This document shows, in pieces, positions 9,223-18,324 of a stretch of 64,000 nucleotides of DNA. Every line of letters starts with the position of its first letter. Within the stretch, counting starts at the first letter, position 1. The translations under genes were made by a program, and so were the position numbers. This stretch comes from Thermoplasmata archaeon UBA61. Lineage in GTDB: Archaea; Thermoplasmatota; Thermoplasmata; Lutacidiplasmatales; UBA184. Location of the stretch: the NCBI GenBank assembly GCA_002503985.1, contig DASW01000003.1:221394-285393 (forward strand). The letters are read 5' to 3'. The notes beneath the pieces were generated by a model. That model did not search any database. It was not told where the DNA came from and worked only from the letters and a program-made list of their open reading frames with translations.

Positions 9223-10287
9223 ATGACGTCGGTAACGCTGCCGGAGCTCGACGCCCTCGCCCGACAGCTGGCCGGGGAGCGCCACGACGCGTTCAGCGAA
9301 CGGGCCCTGGCCCGGGCCTACGAAGAGTACGTCTCCCGCCAGCGCCGTCCGGTGGCCCCGGTGGTCTTCTCCAGCAACGGGACGGAATACCCCACGATCT
9401 TCGGCCTCCTCGCCGACACCAAGGCCGGCTCCGCCACGCTCGAGATCCGACCCGAACCCGCTCCGCCCGCGAGCGAATGGGGCTTTCTCCGACCCTTCGA
9501 GCGCATCGTCATTCGCCCCGACAGTTCGGCGGACATCCACCCGCTCGTCCCCGGACCGCCCGAGCGGGGGATCGCCCGCATCCTGCTCCGAGAGCATTAC
9601 CTACCCCGGTCCCGAGGGGACGAGGACCGCGGGGCGACTGGGGGCAACCGGGTCAACCTGGCCACGCTGATCGCGACCCTCGACCGCGGACTCGTGGTCT
9701 ACCGCGAGCAAGGCCTCCTTCCGTTCTCCGTCGCGATCCTCCTATACCTCCCCGAGGAGCGGGTCCGCTACGAGTTCGACCTCCTCGAGACGACTTTGCT
9801 TCCCGACCCGCGCTCGGGCCGTCTCCCACCGAGCCGACGGGTCCGTCGGACCTCGCGGTTCGGCTTCGCGGTCGACCGCGTCATCGGTCGGGGCGACCTT
9901 TCCCTCCTTGCCGCGCGCTCTCTCGAGGTCCTGAGCGAGTCCCAGGGGTTGACGTCGGTCGAGCTGGCCCATGTCTTTGGCAGCGTGCGTGAGCTGGTCG
10001 ATTCTGCGCTCCAGGGACTGGTCGCCCGCCAGCTCGTGACGTTCGACCGCCGGACGGGCATTTACCGACCGCGGACCGAGGCGTTCGTGCCGAGCGGGGC
10101 CGAAACGCCCACGTCCGCCGGGCCGGATGCGAGCCGCGCGGACACCCTGCTTCGCACGAGCGTGCAGGAGCTGATCGCCGCCGCGGACGCTCGGGCCGCG
10201 TGTCCTCTCTGCGGAGCCCCTCTGCCTCCCGGCCCGAAGCAGATCCTCTGCGAGAACTGCTCGGCCAAAGTCGGCCCTCCGGGGTGA
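9223..10287 (+). CDS. hypothetical protein with C-terminal winged-helix + zinc-ribbon module
   Basis: 354 aa. A wH-like segment (LTSVELAHVFGSVRELVDSALQGLVARQLVTFDRRTGIYRP) is followed by CPLCG-x12-CENC. The N-terminal 230 aa are unrecognised. Confidence 0.5.
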   Translation: MTSVTLPELDALARQLAGERHDAFSERALARAYEEYVSRQRRPVAPVVFSSNGTEYPTIFGLLADTKAGSATLEIRPEPAPPASEWGFLRPFERIVIRPDSSADIHPLVPGPPERGIARILLREHYLPRSRGDEDRGATGGNRVNLATLIATLDRGLVVYREQGLLPFSVAILLYLPEERVRYEFDLLETTLLPDPRSGRLPPSRRVRRTSRFGFAVDRVIGRGDLSLLAARSLEVLSESQGLTSVELAHVFGSVRELVDSALQGLVARQLVTFDRRTGIYRPRTEAFVPSGAETPTSAGPDASRADTLLRTSVQELIAAADARAACPLCGAPLPPGPKQILCENCSAKVGPPG

Positions 10288-10354
10288 ACGGGCGGGCCTG
10301 TCGGGAGTTTCCGCCCCGAACGGCCGGCGTCCGGGACCTTTGAACCCGAGTTCA

Positions 10355-10371
10355 CTGGCTTAGAAGGCCAG
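10355..10371. terminator. hairpin (CTGGCT-TAGAA-GGCCAG) followed by a T-containing tract, between convergent genes
   Basis: 6-bp stem (one G-U pair) with a 5-nt loop, located in the 137-nt convergent intergenic region. Confidence 0.2.
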
Positions 10372-10424
10372 GACTTTGTCCATGCTAAGCTACAGGCCCG
10401 GGAGCCCGACGGCTTCCGCCCTCC

Positions 10425-11018
10425 TTAATCCTTGGGTGCACGACCCTTCTGTCGGCGTCCGGCGGATGCCACGAGATGGGCGAGCCGGAGCGGCTCCGGC
10501 CAATGGCCGCGGACCGTCGAACGCTCGATGAGCCGAACGGCGTCGGCTCGAGAACATCCTACGGCGGCGGCCCGGATCGGCTGCCCGGCCGTGGGGACCC
10601 GGAACAATCGGTGCGCGCGCAGGAGCCGCCAACGGGCGTCGGCGGTACGCGGGAACCACTTCCGCAGAGCCGCCCGGATCCGCGGGAACTCCGGGGGGCG
10701 TCGCGTGACCGCAACGATCGGGACCCCGAGCTGCCGGTGGAGCGCGTCCATGTCGAGGACGTTGAAACCTCCCACGACGGCCCCGTCGAGCAGGATGGCG
10801 CGCACGCCCTCGAGGGGCCCGAGGCGTCGGACGAGCGCGACCACGCGACGCGTGCCGTCGGTGCCGTCGACCCGGACCCGGTCGGTGCGGACCGCCTCCA
10901 CGCGCTCGGGCAGCGTCAGGACCACGGCTGCGAGAGGAGCGTAGCGGTCCGCGCGGTCGAACGCGCCGTCGTCCACCCCGACAACCTGCGGGTGCGGTTT
11001 CCCGAGGGAACGCCGCAA
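10425..11018 (-). CDS. DUF99 (UPF0215) family protein
   Basis: VVGVDDGAF...ILLDGAVVGGFNVLD...WPEPLRLAHLVA matches the archaeal DUF99 pattern. A TTG at 11018 is the proposed start; the ORF track extends to 11156 with an Arg-rich N-terminus that would overlap the divergent gene by about 100 nt. Confidence 0.55.
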   Translation of the reverse strand: MRRSLGKPHPQVVGVDDGAFDRADRYAPLAAVVLTLPERVEAVRTDRVRVDGTDGTRRVVALVRRLGPLEGVRAILLDGAVVGGFNVLDMDALHRQLGVPIVAVTRRPPEFPRIRAALRKWFPRTADARWRLLRAHRLFRVPTAGQPIRAAAVGCSRADAVRLIERSTVRGHWPEPLRLAHLVASAGRRQKGRAPKD

Positions 11019-11054
11019 CGCTAAGACCCCTGATGAGGTCCGGGGAGAGCGTCG

Positions 11055-11981
11055 ATGGGAGCCCCTGCGGTCTCGGTCCGGTGCCCGACGTGCGGGGCGG
11101 ACCTTCGGGTGGTCCTGGCCGCGGCGCCCCCGACCCAGTGGTTCCCGTGCCCCCAATGCCGTAACCCGGTGCCCGTGGTCGTCCCTCGGGACCCGCCTCC
11201 CCTCTACAGCTGGGAGGTCGTTCCTGGGCTATATCCCGCGCTCCCGTCGCCGCGCCGGCCCCGGGTCACGCTTCGGCGACTGGCCCAGGTCGCCCTGGTC
11301 AGCGTCGCGGCGATCGCGGTCGTGCTGGGAGGGGTTCTCGCCGTTCTGGGAGCCGAGGCGCTCGGCCCGGGAAGCTACGTCGTGTCCGGCACCGTCCTGG
11401 AAGGCGGGTCCGGAGGAGGGGGCGTCCCCGCCTCGGGCGCGACCGTGGTCCTGACCACCGACGGGGGCCAGGAGGTCGTGCAGCATACCGGTGCCAATGG
11501 GGTGTTCTCCTTTTCGCACGTACCGGTCGGCGGGATCTCCCTCAACGTCACGTTGCCGGAGTACGCTCCGGCCACCGTGACCACCTTCGCTTCGGCCGTC
11601 TACAACACGGGAACCACCGGCCTCACCGTGACGCTCGTCCCCGGCAGCTTGGGGAACGGGACGACCACTGCGCTCTCCCCCTTCCCGGACCTCGAGAGCT
11701 TCGTGGCCTCGATCGGCAGCGGGGTCGCGCTCCTCGGGATCGTCGCGGTCTTCGGAGGGGTCGCGGCCGTGGTGACCGCCCGCAGCGACCGCCCCCCGGT
11801 CGGCGTGGTAGGCGGGGCCGCCGGCCTCCTCGCGCCGGCCGCGCTCTACTTCCTCTCGATCGGGGGGATCTTCCCGATGCTCACCGCCGGGACGGCCGTG
11901 CTCGCGGCCTTTGGAGCGTTCGCGGCGACGAGCCGGACCGTCGAGCTGTTCCAGGTCGGCCCGGAATCCCGGACCACCTAG
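11055..11981 (+). CDS. membrane protein with N-terminal zinc ribbon and CarboxypepD_reg-like domain
   Basis: CPTCG-x17-CPQC, a TM helix, a Gly-rich carboxypeptidase-regulatory-like beta domain (VVSGTVLEGGSGGGGVPASGATVVLTTDGG...VFSF) and C-terminal TM helices. Confidence 0.55.
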   Translation: MGAPAVSVRCPTCGADLRVVLAAAPPTQWFPCPQCRNPVPVVVPRDPPPLYSWEVVPGLYPALPSPRRPRVTLRRLAQVALVSVAAIAVVLGGVLAVLGAEALGPGSYVVSGTVLEGGSGGGGVPASGATVVLTTDGGQEVVQHTGANGVFSFSHVPVGGISLNVTLPEYAPATVTTFASAVYNTGTTGLTVTLVPGSLGNGTTTALSPFPDLESFVASIGSGVALLGIVAVFGGVAAVVTARSDRPPVGVVGGAAGLLAPAALYFLSIGGIFPMLTAGTAVLAAFGAFAATSRTVELFQVGPESRTT

Positions 11982-12469
11982 AGGGGACGCGACGCCCGGG
12001 CGGGAGCCGCCCGGTTCAGCTCCGAGATCGGTCGGCGGGAGCGGTACCCCCCGGTGAGGGGGTGGTAGTACGCGACCTCCGGTTCTCCGCGCTGCCAGCA
12101 GAGGAGCACGAGCTCGCCTCCCTCCATCGAGTAGAAGTCGACCAACCCGGTCCCGAGGTCTTTCACCTCGATCCCCTCGGCGCGAAGGGCCTCGACGGCC
12201 TCCTCGATGCCGTGGGTGAGGCGCTTCGACTCGGCGTCCAACCGGTCCGTCAGGTCGTGGTCGGGCTGGTCCTTGGCGCCGGTCTCGGTGCCCCAGAAGG
12301 CGGAGAGGCGTTCCTGTTCTTCCTGGACCTGAACGAGCCGGCCGACCCAACCGCGCAGCCGCGGCAAGAGCTCCTGGAGCCCGGGGAGTCGGGCGTTCGC
12401 CTCGGGCACGGTCCACAGGCGAGGCGGCCCGGCCGACGGGTCCCGGCCCGCGCGCTTCGACCCTTCCAT
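11978..12469 (-). CDS. DUF2203-like conserved hypothetical protein
   Basis: 163 aa. The C-terminal VDFYSMEGGELVLLCWQRGEPEVAYYHPLTGGYRSRRP resembles the DUF2203 pattern (memory-based). Confidence 0.45.
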   Translation of the reverse strand: MEGSKRAGRDPSAGPPRLWTVPEANARLPGLQELLPRLRGWVGRLVQVQEEQERLSAFWGTETGAKDQPDHDLTDRLDAESKRLTHGIEEAVEALRAEGIEVKDLGTGLVDFYSMEGGELVLLCWQRGEPEVAYYHPLTGGYRSRRPISELNRAAPARASRPL

Positions 12470-12499
12470 CCGTCCCTCCCTCGAACCTACTCGCCGGCA

Positions 12500-12507
12500 C
12501 TATAAAC
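12500..12507 (-). promoter_or_regulatory. TATA box (TTTATAGT on minus strand) about 30 nt upstream of the DUF2203 start
   Basis: Spacing is consistent with a leaderless transcript. Confidence 0.3.
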
Positions 12508-12547
12508 GAAGGCGATAGGGGCGAGGTAACTGCCCGGGCGTGGCACT

Positions 12548-13753
12548 CTAGATGAGAGAGAGCTCGCGCCCCGCCTTCTCAAACGCGGCGATCGCCGTCG
12601 TCACGTCCTCGGGGGTGAGGGCGGCGTTCATGATCGTGCGGATGCGCGCCTTGTCCTTCGCGACCATCGGGTAGACGATCGGCAGCGCGAAGACCCCGAG
12701 CTCGAAGAGGCGGAGGCTCAGCTTCTGGGCCCGGCCGCTCTCGCCCACGATCACCGGGGTGATCGGGGTCTCGCTCTTCCCGATGTCGAACCCGAGGTCC
12801 CGCATCTCCTTCTTGAAGCGGCGGGTGTGGGTCCACAGGCGTTCGACGTGCTCGGGCTCCGACTCGAGGACGTCAATCGCGGCGAGGCACGCCGCCGCCA
12901 CGGGGGGCGGATGCGAGCCGCTCAAAAGCCAGGTCCTCGACTTGTTGTAGGCGAACTTGACGAGGTCGGTCGACCCCGAGATGTGACCCCCGACGACCCC
13001 CCAGGCCTTCGAGAACGTCCCCATCTCCACGTGCACCCGGTCCCGGGCGAGCCCGAAGTGCGCGACGATCCCCCGGCCGCCCGGCCCGAGGACCCCTTCC
13101 CCGTGGGCGTCGTCGACGTAGACCATGGCGCCGTGCTTCGCCGCCGCGGCCGAGATCCGGTCGAGCGGGGCGATGTCGCCGTCCATCGAGAAGACGCCGT
13201 CCGTGATCACGAGGATCCGCCGGTAGGCGGGGACGTGCTCCTCCGCATTCGCGAGGACCCGCTCGAGGTCGTCCGCGTCCGCGTGACGGTAGACCGCGCG
13301 CTCCGCGCGCGAGAGCCGGACGCCGTCGATGATGCTGCCGTGGTTGAGCTCGTCGGAGATGATCAGGTCCCCTTCCCCCGCGAGCTGGGGGATGAGGCCC
13401 GCGTTCGTCGCGAAGCCGGTCTGGTAGACGAGGGACGCCTCGGCATGCTTGAACCGGGCGAGCCGGCGCTCGAGCTCCATGTGGAGGTCCATCGTGCCGG
13501 CGATGGGGCGGACGGACCCGGAGCCGACCCCATGGGTGTCGATCGCCCGGTGCGCGGCCTCCTTCATCTTCGGGTGGTTGCTGAGTCCGAGATAGTTGTT
13601 GGAACAGAACATGAGGACCCGCTTCCCGTCGATCTCGCACCACGGGGCGCTCGGTCCCTGGAGCACCCGGAGGCGCCAGTCCAGGTCGTCCTTCACGAGC
13701 TGGCGGTACTCCTCTCCCAAGAACGAGGTCGGGTCGCGCATCTCCCTCACCAC
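12548..13753 (-). CDS. kbl: 2-amino-3-ketobutyrate CoA ligase (glycine C-acetyltransferase)
   Basis: 401 aa alpha-oxoamine synthase family protein with a PLP lysine (GTFSKAWG). Overlaps and is co-oriented with tdh. Confidence 0.82.
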   Translation of the reverse strand: MVREMRDPTSFLGEEYRQLVKDDLDWRLRVLQGPSAPWCEIDGKRVLMFCSNNYLGLSNHPKMKEAAHRAIDTHGVGSGSVRPIAGTMDLHMELERRLARFKHAEASLVYQTGFATNAGLIPQLAGEGDLIISDELNHGSIIDGVRLSRAERAVYRHADADDLERVLANAEEHVPAYRRILVITDGVFSMDGDIAPLDRISAAAAKHGAMVYVDDAHGEGVLGPGGRGIVAHFGLARDRVHVEMGTFSKAWGVVGGHISGSTDLVKFAYNKSRTWLLSGSHPPPVAAACLAAIDVLESEPEHVERLWTHTRRFKKEMRDLGFDIGKSETPITPVIVGESGRAQKLSLRLFELGVFALPIVYPMVAKDKARIRTIMNAALTPEDVTTAIAAFEKAGRELSLI

Positions 13754-14808
13754 CTCGCCTCGAGCGAGACCTTAGCGGCTTGCATCGATTCGATCAGGCC
13801 CATCGCGCTCGGCAGGTCGCGGATCGGGACCCGGTGCGTGATGATCTGGTTCATCTTCTCCCGGAAGGCGGCGTCGGCGAGAAGCCCCTTCACCTGGAAC
13901 CAGGTCTCGAACATCCGCCGGCCGTAGATCCCGTGGACCTTGGCCGCCTTGAAGATCACCGCGTCGTTGAAATTGAGGCTCACATCGTGGTCGAACAGAC
14001 CGAGCAGAGAGACGCGGCCCCCCGGGGTGAGCGCGTCGAAGGCGAGCTTGAGCGCCGCGGGATGACCGGCCATCTCGACCGCCACGTCCACGCCGCGGCC
14101 TTCGGTCTCCTCTCGAATGGTCTTCACGGCGGGGGTGTTCGGGTCCGTCGGGTCCAGCACGCGGTCCGCTCCCATCTTCTTCGCGAGGGAGGCACGCAGC
14201 GGGTTCACCTCGGTCGCGAACACCCGTCGGGCCCCGAGGGTCCGCGCGACGGCGATCGCGAGGAGCCCGATCGGTCCGCATCCCGAGACGAGGACCGTCC
14301 CACCGGCGATGTCCTCGAGGTTCTCCTCGGGCAGGAGGGAATGGACGGCGTTCCCGAGCGGCTCCTGGATGGAGGCGAGCGCGGGGTCGAGGTGGGGGTC
14401 GTTCTTCCAGGCGTTCAGTTCGGGCAGCACCGCGAACTCGGCGAACACCCCGTTGCGGTGGACTCCCAGCACCTGGACGTTCTCGCAGATGTGCATCTTC
14501 CCGGTGCGGCACTGGTAGCACGTGCCGTCAACGATGTGCGTCTCCGCCGACACGCGGTCGCCCACCCGTAGGCTGCGGACCCGCTTGCCGACCTCGACGA
14601 CCTCCCCGCACACCTCGTGGCCGGGGATCATCGGGACATGGGAGACGTGGGCCTGCGCCCACTCGTTCCAGACCCAGATGTGGACGTCCGTACCGCAGAT
14701 GGAGGACGCCAGGACCCGGATCAGAACCTCGTCATCGGCCGGCTTCGGCTCGGGAACCGTTCGTATCTCGGCGCCCGGACCTCGCTCGGTCTTCACGAAT
14801 GCCTGCAT
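13747..14808 (-). CDS. tdh: L-threonine 3-dehydrogenase (Zn-dependent MDR family)
   Basis: 353 aa with a CGTDVHIW zinc motif and a GCGPIG Rossmann motif. Paired with kbl. Confidence 0.82.
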   Translation of the reverse strand: MQAFVKTERGPGAEIRTVPEPKPADDEVLIRVLASSICGTDVHIWVWNEWAQAHVSHVPMIPGHEVCGEVVEVGKRVRSLRVGDRVSAETHIVDGTCYQCRTGKMHICENVQVLGVHRNGVFAEFAVLPELNAWKNDPHLDPALASIQEPLGNAVHSLLPEENLEDIAGGTVLVSGCGPIGLLAIAVARTLGARRVFATEVNPLRASLAKKMGADRVLDPTDPNTPAVKTIREETEGRGVDVAVEMAGHPAALKLAFDALTPGGRVSLLGLFDHDVSLNFNDAVIFKAAKVHGIYGRRMFETWFQVKGLLADAAFREKMNQIITHRVPIRDLPSAMGLIESMQAAKVSLEARW

Positions 14809-14994
14809 AACCGTCCGCTCCGGCCCGTGGAGGGCATCGGCCGCTTAACGGTTGGGGAGTTCGACCGGTCCGGCGGAGCGAGCGCGACCGTCCGTCGCTC
14901 TACGCGCGCGTCCGATGCCGTACGAAGCGTCGCGTCGGTTTTCGAGGAGAAACACCGCTCTCTGACGGTCCCGGACCTTCGCGCGCGCGAGCGC

Positions 14995-15001
14995 TTATAT
15001 A
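14995..15001 (+). promoter_or_regulatory. TATA box (TTATATA) upstream of the ribosomal-protein operon (L3)
   Basis: GC-rich BRE-like stretch plus TTATATA about 50 nt before the L3 ATG, within the 243-nt divergent intergenic region. Confidence 0.4.
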
Positions 15002-15051
15002 GGGCACCCTTCTCCCCCGCCCGCACCGGAGGCAGGACCTCCTATCGACCC

Positions 15052-16053
15052 ATGGCTCGACGGCATCGCCCGAGGCGAGGATCCCTCGCATTCTCCCCCC
15101 GCTCCCGGGCCGTGAGGCCCGTTCCGAGGGTCCGTTCTTGGGCTCCCGGAGCGAAACCGGTCGCGATCGAGGGATTCGCCGGCTTCAAGGTCGGCATGAC
15201 CCACGCCTTCATTGTGGATTACCGCAAGCGGTCGACCACCGCGGGCCAGGAAGTATCCATCCCCGTGACCGTGGTCGAGGTCCCCCCCCTGCGGGTCGTA
15301 GCCGCCCGCCTGTACGCGCGCAACCCCTACGGCGCGCGCGTCGTCTCCGAGGTCTGGGCGACCGGCCTGGCGGAGGAGCTCTCGCGGCGGATCCCGAAGC
15401 ACCCCGCGAGCCCACCCGAGGCCCTCGAGGCGTTCGGGAAGGCCCCAGGGGACGAAGTGCGCCTCATCGTCCACACGCAACCGCAGCTCATCACCGGGAC
15501 CGGTTCGAAGACGCCCAACCTGTTCGAGGTCCGGGTCTCGGGAGACAAGTTCGACGAGCGTCGGGCCTTCGCGCTCGAGCAGCTCGGCCAGGAGGTCCCC
15601 GCCGACCGGCTGACCAAGGAAGGGGAGTTCCTGGACGTCATCGGGGTCACCAAGGGGTTCGGGTTCCAAGGCCACATCCAGCGGTGGGGCGTGAAGCTCC
15701 AGCCCCGCAAGAACTCGAAGCACCGGAGGATGATCGGAACCCTCGGACCCCACAATCCGAGCTTCGTCACCTACCGGATCCCCCAGGCCGGCCAGCAAGG
15801 CTACCACCGCCGCACCCAGTTCAACATGCGGGTCCTCAAGATCGTCCGTGACCCGCGCGCGGACCCCATCACGCCCGCCGGTGGGTTCCCGCACTATGGA
15901 GAGGTCCAGAGCGCGTGCATCGTCCTCCACGGCTCGCTTCCTGGGCCCGCGAAGCGTCTTCTGAGGTTCCGCGCCCCGATGCGGAGCCACGTCACCTCGG
16001 TCGAGAAGGTCGACCTGCGCTACTTCAGCACCCGTTCGAAGCAGGGAGCCTGA
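15052..16053 (+). CDS. rpl3: 50S ribosomal protein L3 (uL3)
   Basis: Starts MARRHRPRRGSLAFSPRSRA, the typical archaeal L3 N-terminus. The in-frame upstream part of the 14617..16053 ORF was rejected. Confidence 0.93.
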   Translation: MARRHRPRRGSLAFSPRSRAVRPVPRVRSWAPGAKPVAIEGFAGFKVGMTHAFIVDYRKRSTTAGQEVSIPVTVVEVPPLRVVAARLYARNPYGARVVSEVWATGLAEELSRRIPKHPASPPEALEAFGKAPGDEVRLIVHTQPQLITGTGSKTPNLFEVRVSGDKFDERRAFALEQLGQEVPADRLTKEGEFLDVIGVTKGFGFQGHIQRWGVKLQPRKNSKHRRMIGTLGPHNPSFVTYRIPQAGQQGYHRRTQFNMRVLKIVRDPRADPITPAGGFPHYGEVQSACIVLHGSLPGPAKRLLRFRAPMRSHVTSVEKVDLRYFSTRSKQGA

Positions 16054-16055
16054 CG

Positions 16056-16889
16056 ATGTCGGACGCTCCCGCGGAAGAACGGCCCTCTCCCGCCGAGCGG
16101 GCCACGCCCCACCACCGGGTCCACTCGGTCGGCCTCGATGGAAAGCCGGGGGTCGTGGTCGCACTCCCGCTCGCCTTCTCCACCCCCGTGCGCCACGACC
16201 TCATCGCGCGAGCGGTCGTCGCCGCCCAGACGCACCGCCGGCAGCCGTACGGGACGAGCCCGACCGCCGGCGCCCGGCACTCGGTTCAGTGGTCCGGCAA
16301 GGGGAAGGGCGTCGCGCGCACGCCGAGGCTGATGGACTCGATGCGCGGCGCACAGGCCCCGAACACCGTCGGCGGCCGCGCGGCCCACCCTCCGAAGGTC
16401 GAGCGGATCTGGGCGAAGAAGATCAACCGCAAGGAGCGGCGCCTGGCGTTCGCTTCCGCCCTCGCCGCCACCCGGGAATCGAAGCTCGCTACGGACCGGG
16501 GGCACATGCTCCCTCACGCCATCCACCTCCCCGTCGTCGTCGACGACCCGGTCGAAGAGATCGGACGCACTCAAGACGCCCGCCTCCTCCTCGAGCGGCT
16601 CAAGCTCTGGGACGATGTCGAGCGCGCCCGCGCCGGCACGCACCTCCGGGCCTCGGGCCGGGCCCGACGGCGAGGCCGCGTCCGCCGCACGCCCCGAAGC
16701 CTCCTCCTGGTGACGAGCGGCCCCGGGAAAGCGCTCGGGTTCCGGAACCTCGCGGGCGTCGAAGTCGTCCCCGCGCGACGCCTCGCGACCGAGGACCTCG
16801 CCCCCGGCGGCGCGGCCGGTCGTCTGACCCTCTTCTCCCGTGCGGCCGTCGAGTCCCTGCGCGAGCGTCTCGGGGAGGTCGCGCCATGA
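16056..16889 (+). CDS. rpl4: 50S ribosomal protein L4 (uL4)
   Basis: Starts MSDAPAEERP two nt after the L3 stop and carries L4 family motifs. Confidence 0.88.
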   Translation: MSDAPAEERPSPAERATPHHRVHSVGLDGKPGVVVALPLAFSTPVRHDLIARAVVAAQTHRRQPYGTSPTAGARHSVQWSGKGKGVARTPRLMDSMRGAQAPNTVGGRAAHPPKVERIWAKKINRKERRLAFASALAATRESKLATDRGHMLPHAIHLPVVVDDPVEEIGRTQDARLLLERLKLWDDVERARAGTHLRASGRARRRGRVRRTPRSLLLVTSGPGKALGFRNLAGVEVVPARRLATEDLAPGGAAGRLTLFSRAAVESLRERLGEVAP

Positions 16890-17149
16890 CGAGCGTCCGC
16901 CACCGCATCATCCTGCACGCCTACGTCACCGAGAAGTCGATGGACGAGATGGAGCGGCAGAACAAGCTCGAGTTCGTCGTCGACCGGCGCGCGAACCGCG
17001 CCGAGATCCGTAGGGCGGTCGAATCCACCTATCAGTGCAAGGTGCAGAAGATCACGGTGAAGATCGTCCGGAGCGGGAAGATCGCCACGGTACGGTTCAC
17101 GAAGGACTTCTCCGCCGAGGACATCGGCGGACGGGCGGGAGTGTTCTAA
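16886..17149 (+). CDS. rpl23: 50S ribosomal protein L23 (uL23)
   Basis: 87 aa (MTSVRHRIILHAYVTEKSMDEME...). ATGA overlap with L4. Confidence 0.88.
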   Translation: MTSVRHRIILHAYVTEKSMDEMERQNKLEFVVDRRANRAEIRRAVESTYQCKVQKITVKIVRSGKIATVRFTKDFSAEDIGGRAGVF

Positions 17150-17877
17150 TGGGAAAGCGCATCATTTCGCGTCGGCGCGGCAGCGGCACCGGCCGGTACC
17201 GGTCGCCGAGCCACCGCCACCACGGCGCGGTCTACCACCCTTCGCCCACCATCGTTGGGGAAGGGACGGTCATCTCGATCCTCCCGGCCCCCGGGCGGTC
17301 CGCCCCCGTGGCCGAGGTCCTTGCCCCCGAGGGCTCGACCGTCCGGATCCTCGCGACGGCCGGTCTCGCGACCGGCGACACGGTGGCGTTCCAGGAAGGG
17401 AAGCTCGACCGGGGGTCGATCCTTCCGCTGGGGAAGATCCCGGACGGAACGCTCGTCTCGAACCTCGAGGTCAAGCCGTTCGACGGGGGCCGCCTGGTGC
17501 GGGTCGCCGGCGCGAGCGCGCTCGTGGTGGCGCACTCGGGTTCCGACGTCACGGTCCAGCTCCCGTCCGGCGCCTTCAAGCAACTGCTCGCGACGTGCCG
17601 CGCCCAGGTCGGCGCGGTCGGAGGCGGGGGCCGAAAGGAGCGACCGATCATCAAGGCCGGCAAGAAGTACTGGGCGACGCGCACGCTGGCCCGCCAGCCG
17701 TTCAAGGTCCGAGGGGTCGCCATGAACCCCGTCAACCACCCGTTCGGCGGCGGGGCCCACCAGCACGTTGGGCGCCCGAGCACCGTATCGAGCGGGACCT
17801 GGCCAGGGGCGAAGGTCGGGCGGTTTTCGCGCTCGGCCCGGAAGAAGCGCCAGCTCCGAGAAGGGAGAGGTAGGTAG
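17149..17877 (+). CDS. rpl2: 50S ribosomal protein L2 (uL2)
   Basis: MGKRIISRRRGSG...NPVNHPFGGG; the ATG overlaps the L23 stop. Confidence 0.93.
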   Translation: MGKRIISRRRGSGTGRYRSPSHRHHGAVYHPSPTIVGEGTVISILPAPGRSAPVAEVLAPEGSTVRILATAGLATGDTVAFQEGKLDRGSILPLGKIPDGTLVSNLEVKPFDGGRLVRVAGASALVVAHSGSDVTVQLPSGAFKQLLATCRAQVGAVGGGGRKERPIIKAGKKYWATRTLARQPFKVRGVAMNPVNHPFGGGAHQHVGRPSTVSSGTWPGAKVGRFSRSARKKRQLREGRGR

Positions 17878-17882
17878 GAGCC

Positions 17883-18308
17883 ATGCCGAAGGCCCGTCGC
17901 GCAAAGAAGGTCGAGGCCCGCCGCAAGCGGGAGTTCACCCTGCGGGGGAAGACCCTGCCCGAGCTCCAGGCGATGAGCCTGGAAGACCTCACGAAGGTGC
18001 TCACCGCCCGCGCCCGCCGGTCGATCCGCCGCGGGTTCAATTCGGAAACGACCCTCTTCTTCGAGGCGATGCGCACCTCCGCCCCGGGGAAGACCGTGCG
18101 CACCCACTGTCGGGACGCCCTCGTGCTCCCGGAGCACGTGGGCCGCCACGTCGCCATCCACAACGGCAAGGAGTTCAAGGATATCGAGGTCCGACCCGAG
18201 ATGATCGGACACTACTTCGGGGAGTTCGCGCTCACCCGCCGGTTCGAGAAGCACTCGGGCCCGGGCGTCGGCGCGACGCGCTCGTCGAAGTTCATGCCGC
18301 TGAAGTGA
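17883..18308 (+). CDS. rps19: 30S ribosomal protein S19 (uS19)
   Basis: 141 aa, canonical position. Confidence 0.93.
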   Translation: MPKARRAKKVEARRKREFTLRGKTLPELQAMSLEDLTKVLTARARRSIRRGFNSETTLFFEAMRTSAPGKTVRTHCRDALVLPEHVGRHVAIHNGKEFKDIEVRPEMIGHYFGEFALTRRFEKHSGPGVGATRSSKFMPLK

Positions 18309-18324
18309 GGAGGGAGGTCGGACG

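Noticed and set aside
11029-11035. CTGATGA (C-box-like) upstream of the 11055 gene, considered as a possible C/D-box sRNA
   Set aside because: No D or D-prime (CUGA) box and no guide spacing. The region is only 36 nt long and overlaps the DUF99 5' end.
11229-12500. 423-aa minus-strand ORF spanning the membrane-protein and DUF2203 genes
   Set aside because: Arg/Gly/Pro-rich with no domain signal. It overlaps two better-supported genes.
14995-16164. 389-aa minus-strand ORF opposite L3/L4, and similar long antisense ORFs across the ribosomal cluster (17232..18254, 19277..20500, 20589..21470, 22000..22791, 23248..24072, 24015..24863, 26698..28113, 28917..29795, 30262..31545)
   Set aside because: All lie opposite well-supported ribosomal, SecY, Cmk or Cbf5 genes and have RG/RS-rich compositions, so they are GC-driven artefacts.
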